A stretch of 64,000 bases of DNA from Planctomycetota bacterium (lineage in GTDB: Bacteria > Planctomycetota > B15-G4): contig JBBQUR010000011.1 in the NCBI GenBank assembly GCA_038212275.1, forward strand, positions 64,001 through 128,000. Reading direction: 5' to 3'. This document shows positions 37,564-46,901 of the stretch, in pieces. Position numbers and translations under genes: made by a program. The notes beneath the pieces were generated by a model. That model was given only the letters and a program-made list of their open reading frames with translations. It ran no database searches and was not told the DNA's origin. Within the stretch, counting starts at the first letter, position 1. The number at the start of each line of letters is the position of its first letter.

Positions 37564-39153
37564 CTAGGCCGACTCGTCGACGAGACGCGTCATCGGTCGC
37601 GACAGGAGCGCCATGATCAGCGCCATGACGGCGGCGCCCGAAGCGACGACGAGGAACAGCGTCGACAGGTCGTAGGTCTCGTAGACGCCGGCCACCTTGC
37701 TGCCGAGGAAGGTGCCCACCGCGATCGACGCGAACCACACGCCGAGCATCAGTCCCTGCACCCGCGCCGGCGCGAACTTCGTCATCGACGAGAGACCGAC
37801 GGGCGAGAGGCACAGCTCGCCGATCGTGTGGCAGAGGTAGACGGTGAAAAGCCACATCGCGCTGGCCCGCGCACCGCCCTCCGAGGCCTGCGCGCCGCCG
37901 ATGAGCACCGCGAAGCCGAGGCCCGCGAAGAGGATGCCGATGGCGAAGCGGATCGCGCTCGAGCGGTCGAAGTCGCCCCAGCGCGCCCACAACCACGCGA
38001 AGACCGGCGCCAGCAGCACGATGAGCCCGCCGTTGACGGACTGCCACCACGAGCTCTTGAACTCCACGCCGAAGATCGTCTGCACCGTGCGCTCTTCCGC
38101 GAAGAAGGTCAGCGTGCTGCCGGCCTGCTCGAAGACGCTCCAGAAGACGCACGAGCCGACGAACAGCCCGGCGATGACGATCAGCCGGCGGCGCTCGTTC
38201 GGCGTCCAGCTGCGGTTCGAGAAGAGCCACGCGAAGAAGGCGCCCACCGCGCCGAACAGCACCCAGGTGTACGCGGTGTCGACGTGCGACTTGGTGATCC
38301 CGCCCTCGCCGAAGACGCCCGACATGAGCGACGCGACCATCGGCTGCGAGCGCAGCAGCACGAGCGCGAGCACCACGGCCGCGAGTCCGAGCAGCCAGCG
38401 CACGACGACCGAGAGCGTCCGCCGCGCGCGCGCGCGAGCCTCCGGCGTCGTCGCCCCGGCGGGCACGAGTCCGGCCTCGCCGAGCTGCTTCGCCGTGACC
38501 ACGTACTGCAACAGCCCGAAGAACATGCCGACCGCCGCGGCCGCGAAACCCCAGTGCCAGGAATCGGCCGGGTCGAGGCCCCACGACACGAGCATCGACT
38601 TGAAGCCGTCGTGCTGCGCGAGCCAGCCGCAGACGAGCGGCGAGGACACCGCGCCGAGGTTGATGCCCATGTAGAAGATGGAGAAGCCCGAGTCGCGGCG
38701 CTTGTCCTCCTCGCTGTAGAGCTGGCCGACGATGGCGCTGATGTTGGGCTTCAGCAGCCCGGTGCCCAGCACGATGCACGCGAGGCCGGAGTAGAAGGCT
38801 GTCGTGCCGTGGAACGCGAGCAGGATGTGCCCGGTCATGATCACGATGCCGCCGTAGAGCACGGCGCGGCGCATGCCGAGGAAGTTGTCCGCGAGCCAGC
38901 CGCCGACGAGCGGCAGCAGCCAGACCATCGACGTGTAGAGCCCGTACACGATCGCGGCGTCGGCCTTGCTGAAGCCGAGGCCTCCGTCCACGACCGCCGC
39001 AGTCATGAAGAGCACGAGGATCGCGCGCATCCCGTAGTAGCTGAAGCGCTCCCACATCTCCGTGAAGAAGAGCGTCTTCAGCCCGCGCGGGTGGCCGAAG
39101 AAGGCGCGGTCGCCGGAGGGCTGCGGGGATGTCGCGTGGGCGCCGGCCGTCAT
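37564..39153 (-). CDS. POT/PTR family proton-dependent di/tripeptide transporter
   Basis: GHPRGL, EMWERFSYYGMR, GLLKPNI, RRDSGFSIFYMGINLG, GELCLSPVGLS. Confidence 0.95.
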   Translation of the reverse strand: MTAGAHATSPQPSGDRAFFGHPRGLKTLFFTEMWERFSYYGMRAILVLFMTAAVVDGGLGFSKADAAIVYGLYTSMVWLLPLVGGWLADNFLGMRRAVLYGGIVIMTGHILLAFHGTTAFYSGLACIVLGTGLLKPNISAIVGQLYSEEDKRRDSGFSIFYMGINLGAVSSPLVCGWLAQHDGFKSMLVSWGLDPADSWHWGFAAAAVGMFFGLLQYVVTAKQLGEAGLVPAGATTPEARARARRTLSVVVRWLLGLAAVVLALVLLRSQPMVASLMSGVFGEGGITKSHVDTAYTWVLFGAVGAFFAWLFSNRSWTPNERRRLIVIAGLFVGSCVFWSVFEQAGSTLTFFAEERTVQTIFGVEFKSSWWQSVNGGLIVLLAPVFAWLWARWGDFDRSSAIRFAIGILFAGLGFAVLIGGAQASEGGARASAMWLFTVYLCHTIGELCLSPVGLSSMTKFAPARVQGLMLGVWFASIAVGTFLGSKVAGVYETYDLSTLFLVVASGAAVMALIMALLSRPMTRLVDESA

Positions 39154-39217
39154 GGGCGCACAGGCTAGCGGACCGCACGGGAGCGACCTAGAGGCGTCCC
39201 GCGAAGAGGCCTCGGGC

Positions 39218-39301
39218 CGACGCGGCGGTCGACGCGACGCCCGACGCGGCGCCCGACGCGACGCTCGACGCGCAGGGCGACGCGCAGGGCGACACGGACC
39301 G
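39218..39301. repeat. 12-bp periodic repeat (cgacgcg core), about 7 copies, in a divergent promoter region
   Basis: cgacgcggcggt cgacgcgacgcc cgacgcggcgcc cgacgcgacgct cgacgcgcaggg x2 cgacacgg. Confidence 0.75.
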
Positions 39302-39467
39302 GGGCGCGTGTCGTGCGGGGCCTTCTGCCGGTCGCTCGCGGCCACGGTGGCGAGGTGAAGGCGATGGTCGCCGCATGGCCGCGGCGCCGGAAGTGCAGCT
39401 GGTTTTCCGCGGGCGCCAAGCGACCATGACCGCCCGCTGTCTCACGCCCTCCGCCCGGAGTACCGGC

Positions 39468-41732
39468 ATGGCCACCGCCCGACTGCTGCCCCTCGCCTTC
39501 CTGTTGCTGCCCGGCGCGCTTGCCACGGCCGACGACGCGCCGTTCCTCGGCTTCAGCGAGCAGGGCGCCGCGGCCGAGCGCGCGCTCGAGTCGCGCTTCG
39601 ACGCGCTGCTCGTGGCGGACAACCTGCGCACGTGGATGGCGGAGCTGGCGGCGCGGCCGCATCACGTCGGCTCCGCGTGGGGCCAGCACAACGCCGAGTT
39701 CCTCGCGGGGCTCTTCCGCTCCTTCGGCTACGACACGCGCATCGAGGAATTCCAGGTGCTCTTTCCGACGCCGATCACGCGCTCGCTCGAGCTGCTCGGC
39801 CCCCATCCCTTCCGCGCCGCGCTCGCCGAGCCGCCGCTCGCGAGCGACGCGACGTCCTCGCAGACCGCGGAGCAGCTGCCGGTCTACAACGCCTACTCCA
39901 TCGACGGCGACGTCACCGGAGAGCTCGTCTACGTGAATCACGGCGTGCCCGACGACTACAAGGAGCTCGCACTGCGCGGCATCGACGTGCGCGGCAGGAT
40001 CGTCATCGCGCGCTACGGCGGCGCGTGGCGCGGCATCAAGCCCAAGGTGGCGGCCGAGCACGGCGCGATCGGCTGCCTGATCTATTCCGACCCGCACGAC
40101 GACGGCTACTTCCAGGGCGACGCGTGGCCCGACGGCGGCTGGCGTCCGGCCGACGGTGCGCAGCGCGGCTCCGTGGCCGACATGCCGCTCTATCCCGGCG
40201 ATCCGCTCACGCCGTCGCGCGGCTCCACGCCCGACGCGGAGCGCCTGCCGGTCCGCGGCGCGCCAACGCTCACCACCATTCCCGTGCTGCCGATCTCGTA
40301 CGGCGACGCGCAGCCGCTGCTCGCCGCGCTGGACGGACCGATGGCGCCCGAGGCCTGGCGCGGTGCGCTCCCGATTCCCTATCGCCTCGGCCCCAGCCAC
40401 GCGCAGGCGCATCTCGCGCTCGCCTTCGACTGGTCGCAGAAGACGATCCGCGACGTGATCGCGGTGCTGCCCGGCTCGGAGCTTCCGGACGAATGGATCC
40501 TGCGCGGCAATCATCACGACGCCTGGGTGAACGGCGCGACCGATCCGGTCAGCGGCCTGGTCTCGATGCTGGAGGAGGCGCGCGTCATCGGCCAGCTCGC
40601 GAAGGACGGCTCGCGGCCGAGGCGCACGATCGTCTACGCAGCGTGGGATGGTGAGGAGCCGGGCCTGCTCGGCTCGACCGAGTGGGTCGAGACGCACGCG
40701 GCCGAGCTGGGCGCCAAGGCCGTGGCCTACATCAATTCCGACACCAACAGCCGCGGCTTCCTGGACGCGGGCGGCTCGCACAGCCTGGAGCAGCTGGTCA
40801 ACGAAGTCGCGCGCGACGTCGAAGATCCCGAGCGAGGCGTCAGCGTGCAGGAGCGCCTGCGCGCGCTGCGGATCACGCGCGCCGCGAGCGACGAGGAACG
40901 CCGCTCGGTCCGCGAGCGCGGCAACCTGCGCATCGACGCGCTCGGCTCGGGATCGGACTATTCGCCCTTCCTGCAGCATCTGGGAATCGCCGCGCTCAAC
41001 GTGAGCTACGGCGGCGAAGAGGACTACGGCCAGTACCACTCGATCTACGACAGCGTCGATCACTTCGCGCGCTTCATGGACCCCGGCTTCGTCTACGGCC
41101 TCGTGCAGGCGAAGACGATGGGCCGGCTGGTGCTGCGCCTGGCGAACGCCGAGGTGCTGCCCTTCGACTTCAACGCCGTGGCCGACACGGTGTCGACGTA
41201 CGTCGACGAGCTGATGGCTCTCACCGACGAGCTGCGCCGGAGCACCGACGAGCACAACCGCTGCCTGCGCGACAACACGCTGCTCGTGGCGGCAGATGCG
41301 CGCGAGACCTTCGTGGCACCGGCCCCCGAAGCGGCCGTGCCCTTCCACAACTTCGCGCCGCTGCAGAACGCGGTGGCGAAGCTGCGCGAGAGTGTCGCGG
41401 CGCACGAAGCGGCGCTGAACGAGCTGCAGGCGAGCGGCCGCACGCTGAGCGCGGAGCAGCGCCGCGCGCTCGACGAGGTCCTGATGCACGCCGAGCAGAG
41501 CTTCACGCGCCCCGAGGGACTGCCGCGCCGGCCGTGGTACGTGCACCAGCTCTACGCGCCCGGCTGGTACACGGGCTACGGGGTCAAGACGCTGCCCGCC
41601 GTGCGCGAGGCCATCGAAGAGCGGCACGACGACGAAGCCGAAGCGCAGATCCCCCTTGCGGCCCGGTCCATCGAGGCCTACGCCGCAGGCGTCGCGCGCG
41701 CCACGGCCATCGTCACGGGCGGATCGCCCTGA
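39468..41732 (+). CDS. Secreted M28 glutamate carboxypeptidase II-like peptidase (PA and transferrin-receptor-like dimerisation domains)
   Basis: Signal peptide; PHHVGS, GNHHDAW, GATDP.SG, WDGEEPGLLGSTEW, GSGSDY.PF, YHSIYD. Confidence 0.93.
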   Translation: MATARLLPLAFLLLPGALATADDAPFLGFSEQGAAAERALESRFDALLVADNLRTWMAELAARPHHVGSAWGQHNAEFLAGLFRSFGYDTRIEEFQVLFPTPITRSLELLGPHPFRAALAEPPLASDATSSQTAEQLPVYNAYSIDGDVTGELVYVNHGVPDDYKELALRGIDVRGRIVIARYGGAWRGIKPKVAAEHGAIGCLIYSDPHDDGYFQGDAWPDGGWRPADGAQRGSVADMPLYPGDPLTPSRGSTPDAERLPVRGAPTLTTIPVLPISYGDAQPLLAALDGPMAPEAWRGALPIPYRLGPSHAQAHLALAFDWSQKTIRDVIAVLPGSELPDEWILRGNHHDAWVNGATDPVSGLVSMLEEARVIGQLAKDGSRPRRTIVYAAWDGEEPGLLGSTEWVETHAAELGAKAVAYINSDTNSRGFLDAGGSHSLEQLVNEVARDVEDPERGVSVQERLRALRITRAASDEERRSVRERGNLRIDALGSGSDYSPFLQHLGIAALNVSYGGEEDYGQYHSIYDSVDHFARFMDPGFVYGLVQAKTMGRLVLRLANAEVLPFDFNAVADTVSTYVDELMALTDELRRSTDEHNRCLRDNTLLVAADARETFVAPAPEAAVPFHNFAPLQNAVAKLRESVAAHEAALNELQASGRTLSAEQRRALDEVLMHAEQSFTRPEGLPRRPWYVHQLYAPGWYTGYGVKTLPAVREAIEERHDDEAEAQIPLAARSIEAYAAGVARATAIVTGGSP

Positions 41733-41788
41733 CGGCGCGGCCCGGGGGACGGCCGGCCGCGCGCCCGGCGCCCGGCGCCCTGCGCCCC

Positions 41789-41821
41789 ACGGGCGACGGG
41801 CGACGGGCGACGGGCGACGGG
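41789..41821. repeat. 7-bp tandem repeat between convergent genes
   Basis: acgggcg x about 4.7. Confidence 0.75.
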
Positions 41822-41858
41822 AACCGCGATGGCAAGGGCGACAGCGACGGCGACGTGA

Positions 41859-42833
41859 TCAACGAGCCAGATACGTCTCCGCCTTCACGCCGAGCCGTTC
41901 GCACAGTTCGCGGAACACGGCCTGTCGCTCGCGCGGCTCGTCGGTGTGAAAGCGGAGGAAGAACGGGCGCTGCTCCCAGTCGAAGGGCTCGTCGGCCTTG
42001 CCATGCAGAAAAGTCAGCATCGCGGCGCAGTGCACGGCGACGTCGCCGCCCCGCTGCAGCGCTCCGCGGAACAGCGCGTCGAGCACCGGCTGCGGATGGA
42101 AGTCCGGCAACTCGTCGAGAGCCTGGGACAGGCCGCCGAAGAACTCCGCGGTCTGCAGCGCCTCGACGAGGGTGCCGACGCGCTGTTCGTGCGAGGCCAC
42201 GCCCGGCGCGTGTCGGATGACCGCGAGCCGGAGCGCCAGGCTGCTGCTCTGCATCGCAGCCTGCAGCAGCTCGCGCGCGGCGGGAGTCTCCAGCGCAGCG
42301 AGCGCCTCGACGTCACGCCAGCCGGAGACACCGCGGGCCACGAGAAGGCTCTCGAGCTGCCGGCGTTCCGCGGGCGTGGCGGACGTGAGCGCAGAGAGGT
42401 CGTAGCCGGTGCCGTCGTGCCACGCGTCGAAGTCGATGACCATGCTCTCGCGGAAGCGGTGCACGGCCTCGGAGCCGCCCGGCACTCCGCCGGCAGCAGG
42501 CGCACGGTCCGCAGGCGGCGCTGGCTCCGGCTCCGGAGGATGGGGCGGCTCGAGGATGAAGTGGAAGCGGCGCTCGTCGTGAAACTCGCCGGAGTACAGC
42601 GCGCCGTTGCGATCGTAGAAGGAGATGCCGTCGCCGTCCGCGCGGGGCCGCGTGGACACCGGCCGCGCGAGCTTCACGTACACGCCGACCGGCGGCGCGG
42701 GAAACGAGCTGCCCACTTCGACGATGCCGTTGCCCGCCGCAAGTTCCGCCTCGAGCAGGGCGCGCAGCGGCGCGGGAAGTCCGGCGAGCCTCGCGACGTG
42801 CTCGTCCGGGATGCGGCTTCCCGGGGGACTCAT
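41859..42833 (-). CDS. Hypothetical two-domain protein with helical (HEAT-like) C-terminal half
   Basis: ATGA overlap with upstream gene; protein-like composition; Pro-rich linker. Confidence 0.65.
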   Translation of the reverse strand: MSPPGSRIPDEHVARLAGLPAPLRALLEAELAAGNGIVEVGSSFPAPPVGVYVKLARPVSTRPRADGDGISFYDRNGALYSGEFHDERRFHFILEPPHPPEPEPAPPADRAPAAGGVPGGSEAVHRFRESMVIDFDAWHDGTGYDLSALTSATPAERRQLESLLVARGVSGWRDVEALAALETPAARELLQAAMQSSSLALRLAVIRHAPGVASHEQRVGTLVEALQTAEFFGGLSQALDELPDFHPQPVLDALFRGALQRGGDVAVHCAAMLTFLHGKADEPFDWEQRPFFLRFHTDEPRERQAVFRELCERLGVKAETYLAR

Positions 42834-44149
42834 CGCGGCGGCGGGTCGCCCGGCAGCGGCGCAAGGCCCGTCCACTCGGACATCCAGTAGCTGGCGACGC
42901 GCAGCACGCTGCCGCGGATGCTCATGCTGTCCGGCCGCTCGCGCGACAGCTTCAGGATCTCCAGCAGCTCGGGCGTGAAGTCGCCGCCGCAGCTCTCGCG
43001 CAGCGTGCGCACGGCTTCCATCCATGAGCTGAAGCGGCTCGCGACGTCGGCAGCGCCGCCGTAGCCGGGATCGGCCTCGGCGCTCGTGCCGTTCACGCGA
43101 TGAAGCCGCACGGCGAGGTCGCGCCCCACCGCGGCCACCGGCGGCACGAGGCTGTCCGGCGGCGCGGGCAGGCGAGGGATGAGCCGCAGCGCTTCCGCCG
43201 CGACGTCCGTGTCGGGCGACGTGATCAGCGCGGTCATCTCCGCGACGAAACTGCCGCGCGACATCATCTGCGTGATGGCCCCGGCCTGGTGCTCCTCGGA
43301 CGCGCCGTAGCGCGTCCATGGCAGCCAGTCCGCGACCGTCGCGCCCGGATCCATCGCGTCGAAGCGGGCCTGCTCCGCCTCGACTTCCTCGGCGGCCAGC
43401 TCCTCGGGCGTCGGCCCGGGCGGCGGCGGTTCGATCGGCGACACGCGGAAGCGGAAGGAGGGCTTGCTGTCGGGCCAGGGAGGTTGCGAAGCAGGCGGTC
43501 GCGGCCCCCACTCGCTCCACTCCAGAAACTCCCGGCCCGGCCGCGCGGGCAGCGGCACGAGGAAACCCTGGACAGGTTCGCCGTTGAGCTGGATGTCCAG
43601 GGCGCGCAGCCCGCGACTCGTGTCGACATGCACCGAACCGGGGACGACCCAGCGGCCGCCTTGCAGCCGCGCGTCGGCAGGACGCAGCTCGCCGCGCACG
43701 ACGTTGCGTTGCACGTGATTCGCGACCGAGGCCAGGCCGAGGAAGGACTCGCCCGAGCCCCGCGCGGGTGACGCCTTCACATCCACCGGCAGCATGAGCT
43801 CCACCTCGAGCATCAGCTCCCTGCCGCCGATCCTGGGAGGAATGTCCGCCAGCGCCCACGCGATGACGGCCGCCAGCCCGGCGATGGCAAGGACGAGCGC
43901 CCACGCGACGCCGAGAGCTTTCAGGAAACCCGGCCCGCCCTCGCCCGTGAGCATCCGCGCGACGACGAAGCCGAGGATCGCCCCGGCCACGCCCCCGAGC
44001 AGCGCCACGGCGACGACCGCGTAACCGGAGCCGCCCTCGAAGCCGGAGATGCGATACCACCGGACGCAGGCGTTCATGACGAGTCCGCCGGCGACCAGTC
44101 CCAGCACGCCGCTGAGCAGTGCAACCATGGTGGAAAGTGGCCAGCTCAT
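42830..44149 (-). CDS. Hypothetical membrane protein (3 N-terminal TMs plus soluble domains)
   Basis: TMs around YRISGFEGGSGY; beta-rich then helical domains. Confidence 0.65.
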   Translation of the reverse strand: MSWPLSTMVALLSGVLGLVAGGLVMNACVRWYRISGFEGGSGYAVVAVALLGGVAGAILGFVVARMLTGEGGPGFLKALGVAWALVLAIAGLAAVIAWALADIPPRIGGRELMLEVELMLPVDVKASPARGSGESFLGLASVANHVQRNVVRGELRPADARLQGGRWVVPGSVHVDTSRGLRALDIQLNGEPVQGFLVPLPARPGREFLEWSEWGPRPPASQPPWPDSKPSFRFRVSPIEPPPPGPTPEELAAEEVEAEQARFDAMDPGATVADWLPWTRYGASEEHQAGAITQMMSRGSFVAEMTALITSPDTDVAAEALRLIPRLPAPPDSLVPPVAAVGRDLAVRLHRVNGTSAEADPGYGGAADVASRFSSWMEAVRTLRESCGGDFTPELLEILKLSRERPDSMSIRGSVLRVASYWMSEWTGLAPLPGDPPPR

Positions 44150-44192
44150 GGGCGCTCGTACACCGTGAGGAGAGTAGGCGAGTCGCGGGCGA

Positions 44193-44232
44193 CCGTGCGG
44201 CCGTGCGGCCGTGCGGCCGTGCGGCCGTGCGG
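44193..44232. repeat. Perfect 8-bp tandem repeat x5 in a divergent promoter region
   Basis: ccgtgcgg x5. Confidence 0.9.
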
Positions 44233-44404
44233 CGAAGTGTATCGAGCCGTGAGCGGCGCCGACATCCCGGCGCGGGCCGGGCGCGCAGCTTCCGATGCCC
44301 ACCCGCCAGCCACCGCAACGCGCCGCGTCGCGACGGGCTCCGCGCGGCCGCAGCGCCCGGGCCTTCGTGTCGGTTACCGTACTGCCCTCGACAAGGAGGC
44401 CCCC

Positions 44405-45223
44405 ATGCTGTCGCTCGTTCTGCTGCATCGGCTCACCGCTCCGGCGACTGCCGCGGCGCTGACCGCATTCATCGTGTTCTTCGCGCTGCCGACGAAGCAG
44501 TCCGCTCCGGCGTCCGGAGCTGCAGACGCCAGGCCCGCCGCAGCGAAGGGCACGGTCCTCGTCACCGGAGCCAACCGCGGCCTCGGGCTCGAGTTCGCGC
44601 GGCAGTACCACGCCGCGGGCTGGACCGTTGTCGGCACGGCGCGCGATCCCGGTGCAGCCACCGAGCTGAGCGCGCTCGGAGTGCGCGTCGAGGCGCTCGA
44701 CGTCACCGACGGCGCAAGCGTCGCCGCACTCGTGCAGCGGCTCGGGGGCCTGCCGATCGACCTCCTCATCAACAACGCGGGTGTCGGCATTGCGGAGCAG
44801 AAGCCGTTGCAGGACGTGTCGCTCGACGACTACGAGCACGTGCTCCGCGTGAATGCGATCGGCCCCGTGCGCGTCACGCAGGCCCTGCTGCCCAACCTGC
44901 GCGCCGGCGCCGGCAAGCGCGTGGTCTCCATCTCCAGCGGCCTCGGCAGCATCGCCGGCAACACGAGCGGCGGTTACTGGGCCTATCGCGAGAGCAAGGC
45001 CGCGCTCGACATGTTCATGCGCAACCTGTCCGTGGAACTCGCGCCCGAGGGCTTCACCTGCATCGCGATGAGCCCCGGCTGGGTGAAGACCGACATGGGC
45101 GGTCCGGACGCGACCCTGACGCCCGAGCAGAGCATCACCGGCATGCGCAAGGTCATCGACGGCCTCACGCCGCACGACACCGGCAGCTTCTTCAAGTACG
45201 ACGGGTCGACCGTCGCCTGGTGA
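44405..45223 (+). CDS. CsgA/C-factor-like short-chain dehydrogenase with N-terminal hydrophobic extension
   Basis: AAGGAGG RBS; TGANRGLG, NNAG, YRESKAA, SPGWVKTDMGG. Confidence 0.88.
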   Translation: MLSLVLLHRLTAPATAAALTAFIVFFALPTKQSAPASGAADARPAAAKGTVLVTGANRGLGLEFARQYHAAGWTVVGTARDPGAATELSALGVRVEALDVTDGASVAALVQRLGGLPIDLLINNAGVGIAEQKPLQDVSLDDYEHVLRVNAIGPVRVTQALLPNLRAGAGKRVVSISSGLGSIAGNTSGGYWAYRESKAALDMFMRNLSVELAPEGFTCIAMSPGWVKTDMGGPDATLTPEQSITGMRKVIDGLTPHDTGSFFKYDGSTVAW

Positions 45224-45306
45224 GACTGCGTGGCGGCCGCAGCCGACGATCGAAGTTCAGCAAGGAGCCTGCGCGCACTCCCCGTTCCCCCAAGGATGCA
45301 TCGCCC

Positions 45307-45792
45307 ATGAAGAAGCCCGTCCTCGCACTCCTGCTGGCTCTGCTTCCCGCGCTGTCGATCGGCTGCGCCGGTCCGCGCTCCTCCGGCCCCGCCACGCCCG
45401 AGCAGGCCGCCGTGATGGTGTGCGTGTACAAGTTCGTCGGCGCCTTCAACGTGGGCAACACGGCGCAGGCCACCGCGGCCTGCATGAACGAGATGTCCAT
45501 CATCGACGAGTTCCCGCCCTACGAGTGGCACGGCCCGGGCGCGCTCTCTACCTGGCTCGCCGACTACGCCACCGATGCGAAGCAGCGTGGCCTCAGCGAC
45601 GGGATCGTCGTCGTCGGCACGCCGCGACACATCGACGTCTCGGCCGACCGCGCCTACGTCGTCGCGCCGGCGGAATACGCCTTCCTGCTGCAGGGCAAGC
45701 CCGTGCAGGAAACGGACTCGACCTTCCTGTTCACCTTGCAGAAGACGGCTGCCGGCTGGCGGATCACCGGCTGGGCCTGGGCGAAGTCCTAG
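45307..45792 (+). CDS. NTF2/SnoaL-like lipoprotein
   Basis: MKK signal with SIGC; IIDEFPP..W.G, DRAYVV, GWRITGWAW. Confidence 0.75.
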   Translation: MKKPVLALLLALLPALSIGCAGPRSSGPATPEQAAVMVCVYKFVGAFNVGNTAQATAACMNEMSIIDEFPPYEWHGPGALSTWLADYATDAKQRGLSDGIVVVGTPRHIDVSADRAYVVAPAEYAFLLQGKPVQETDSTFLFTLQKTAAGWRITGWAWAKS

Positions 45793-46856
45793 ACGCCGTG
45801 CGCGATGACCGTGTCGGGCGCCACCTCGTGCGCGGCCTGCACGAACGCTGCCACGGCTGACGGATCCGTCTCCTTGGGCACGCCGTGCCCGAGCGACAGG
45901 ATGTAGCCGGGCCGCCCCGCCGCGGTGGCGACCAGCGCGCGAGCGCGGGAGAGCACATCCCCGCTCGGGCAGAGCAGCGCGGACGGATCCATGTTGCCCT
46001 GGATCGCGACGCGATGGCCGTGCTTGCGCATCGCGGCGTCGAGGTCCGTGCGCCAGTCGAGCGCGACGCCCTCCACGCCGAGGTCCACGAGATCATCGAG
46101 CAGGTGCGTCCCGTCGCGGATGAAACCGATGCGCGGCGCGAGGCCCGAGACCGGCTGCAGCGCGCGGCGGCTCCACGGCGCGGCGAAGCGCAGGTAGTCG
46201 TCGCGCGCGAGGCCACCGGCCCACGTGTCGAAGAGCACGACCGCCTGCGCGCCGCACTCGACCTGATAGCGGAGATGCCAGCCCACCAGGATGGCCAGCT
46301 TGTCCATGAGCTTCTCGAAGAGCGCCGTCTCCCGGTACATGAGCTGGCGCAGCGCCGCATGCGCGCTGCTGCCGCCGCCCTCCACCGCGTAGCAGGCCAG
46401 CGTGAACGGCGCGCCGCAGAAGCCGAGGAGCGTGGTGGCCTGGGTCAGCCCCGCGCGCGTGAGCTTCAGCGCCTCGCCGACGTACGGCATCGTCCCGGCG
46501 GGATCCGCAAGCGTGAGCGCTTCGATGTCGGCGGCCGTGCGCAGCGGCTTCGGGAGCACGGGGCCGTGGCCCTCGTCGAAGCGCAGCTCCATGCCCATCG
46601 CCGCGAGCGGCAGCAGGATGTCGCTGAAGAGGATGGCCGCGTCGACGCCGAAGCGCCGCACCGGCTGCAGCGTGACCTCCGCGGCGAGCGCGGGATCGCG
46701 CGCCATCGCGAGGAAGCCGCCCGCCTTCCGGCGCACGGCCTGATACTCCGGCAGGTAGCGACCGGCCTGGCGCATGAGCCATACGGGCGGCCGCGGCGTG
46801 GGCTGGCGGCGGAGTGCGGTCAGGAGCAGCGGCGACGACGACACGGAGGTGGTCAT
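45789..46856 (-). CDS. hemE: Uroporphyrinogen decarboxylase
   Basis: PVWLMRQAGRYLPEY, DAAILFSDIL, GAPFTLA.Y, QGNMDP, LGHG. Confidence 0.96.
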   Translation of the reverse strand: MTTSVSSSPLLLTALRRQPTPRPPVWLMRQAGRYLPEYQAVRRKAGGFLAMARDPALAAEVTLQPVRRFGVDAAILFSDILLPLAAMGMELRFDEGHGPVLPKPLRTAADIEALTLADPAGTMPYVGEALKLTRAGLTQATTLLGFCGAPFTLACYAVEGGGSSAHAALRQLMYRETALFEKLMDKLAILVGWHLRYQVECGAQAVVLFDTWAGGLARDDYLRFAAPWSRRALQPVSGLAPRIGFIRDGTHLLDDLVDLGVEGVALDWRTDLDAAMRKHGHRVAIQGNMDPSALLCPSGDVLSRARALVATAAGRPGYILSLGHGVPKETDPSAVAAFVQAAHEVAPDTVIAHGV

Positions 46857-46901
46857 GGTCGCCCACGATAACGTCCGGCGCCCCATCGCCGACGTGCCGC
46901 G

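Noticed and set aside
36455..39178. Apparent long N-terminal extensions or fusions in the ORF track (907, 995, 819, 781, 625 aa)
   Set aside because: The extensions are Arg/Ala-rich off-frame readings overlapping neighbouring genes; internal starts with RBS or overlaps fit better
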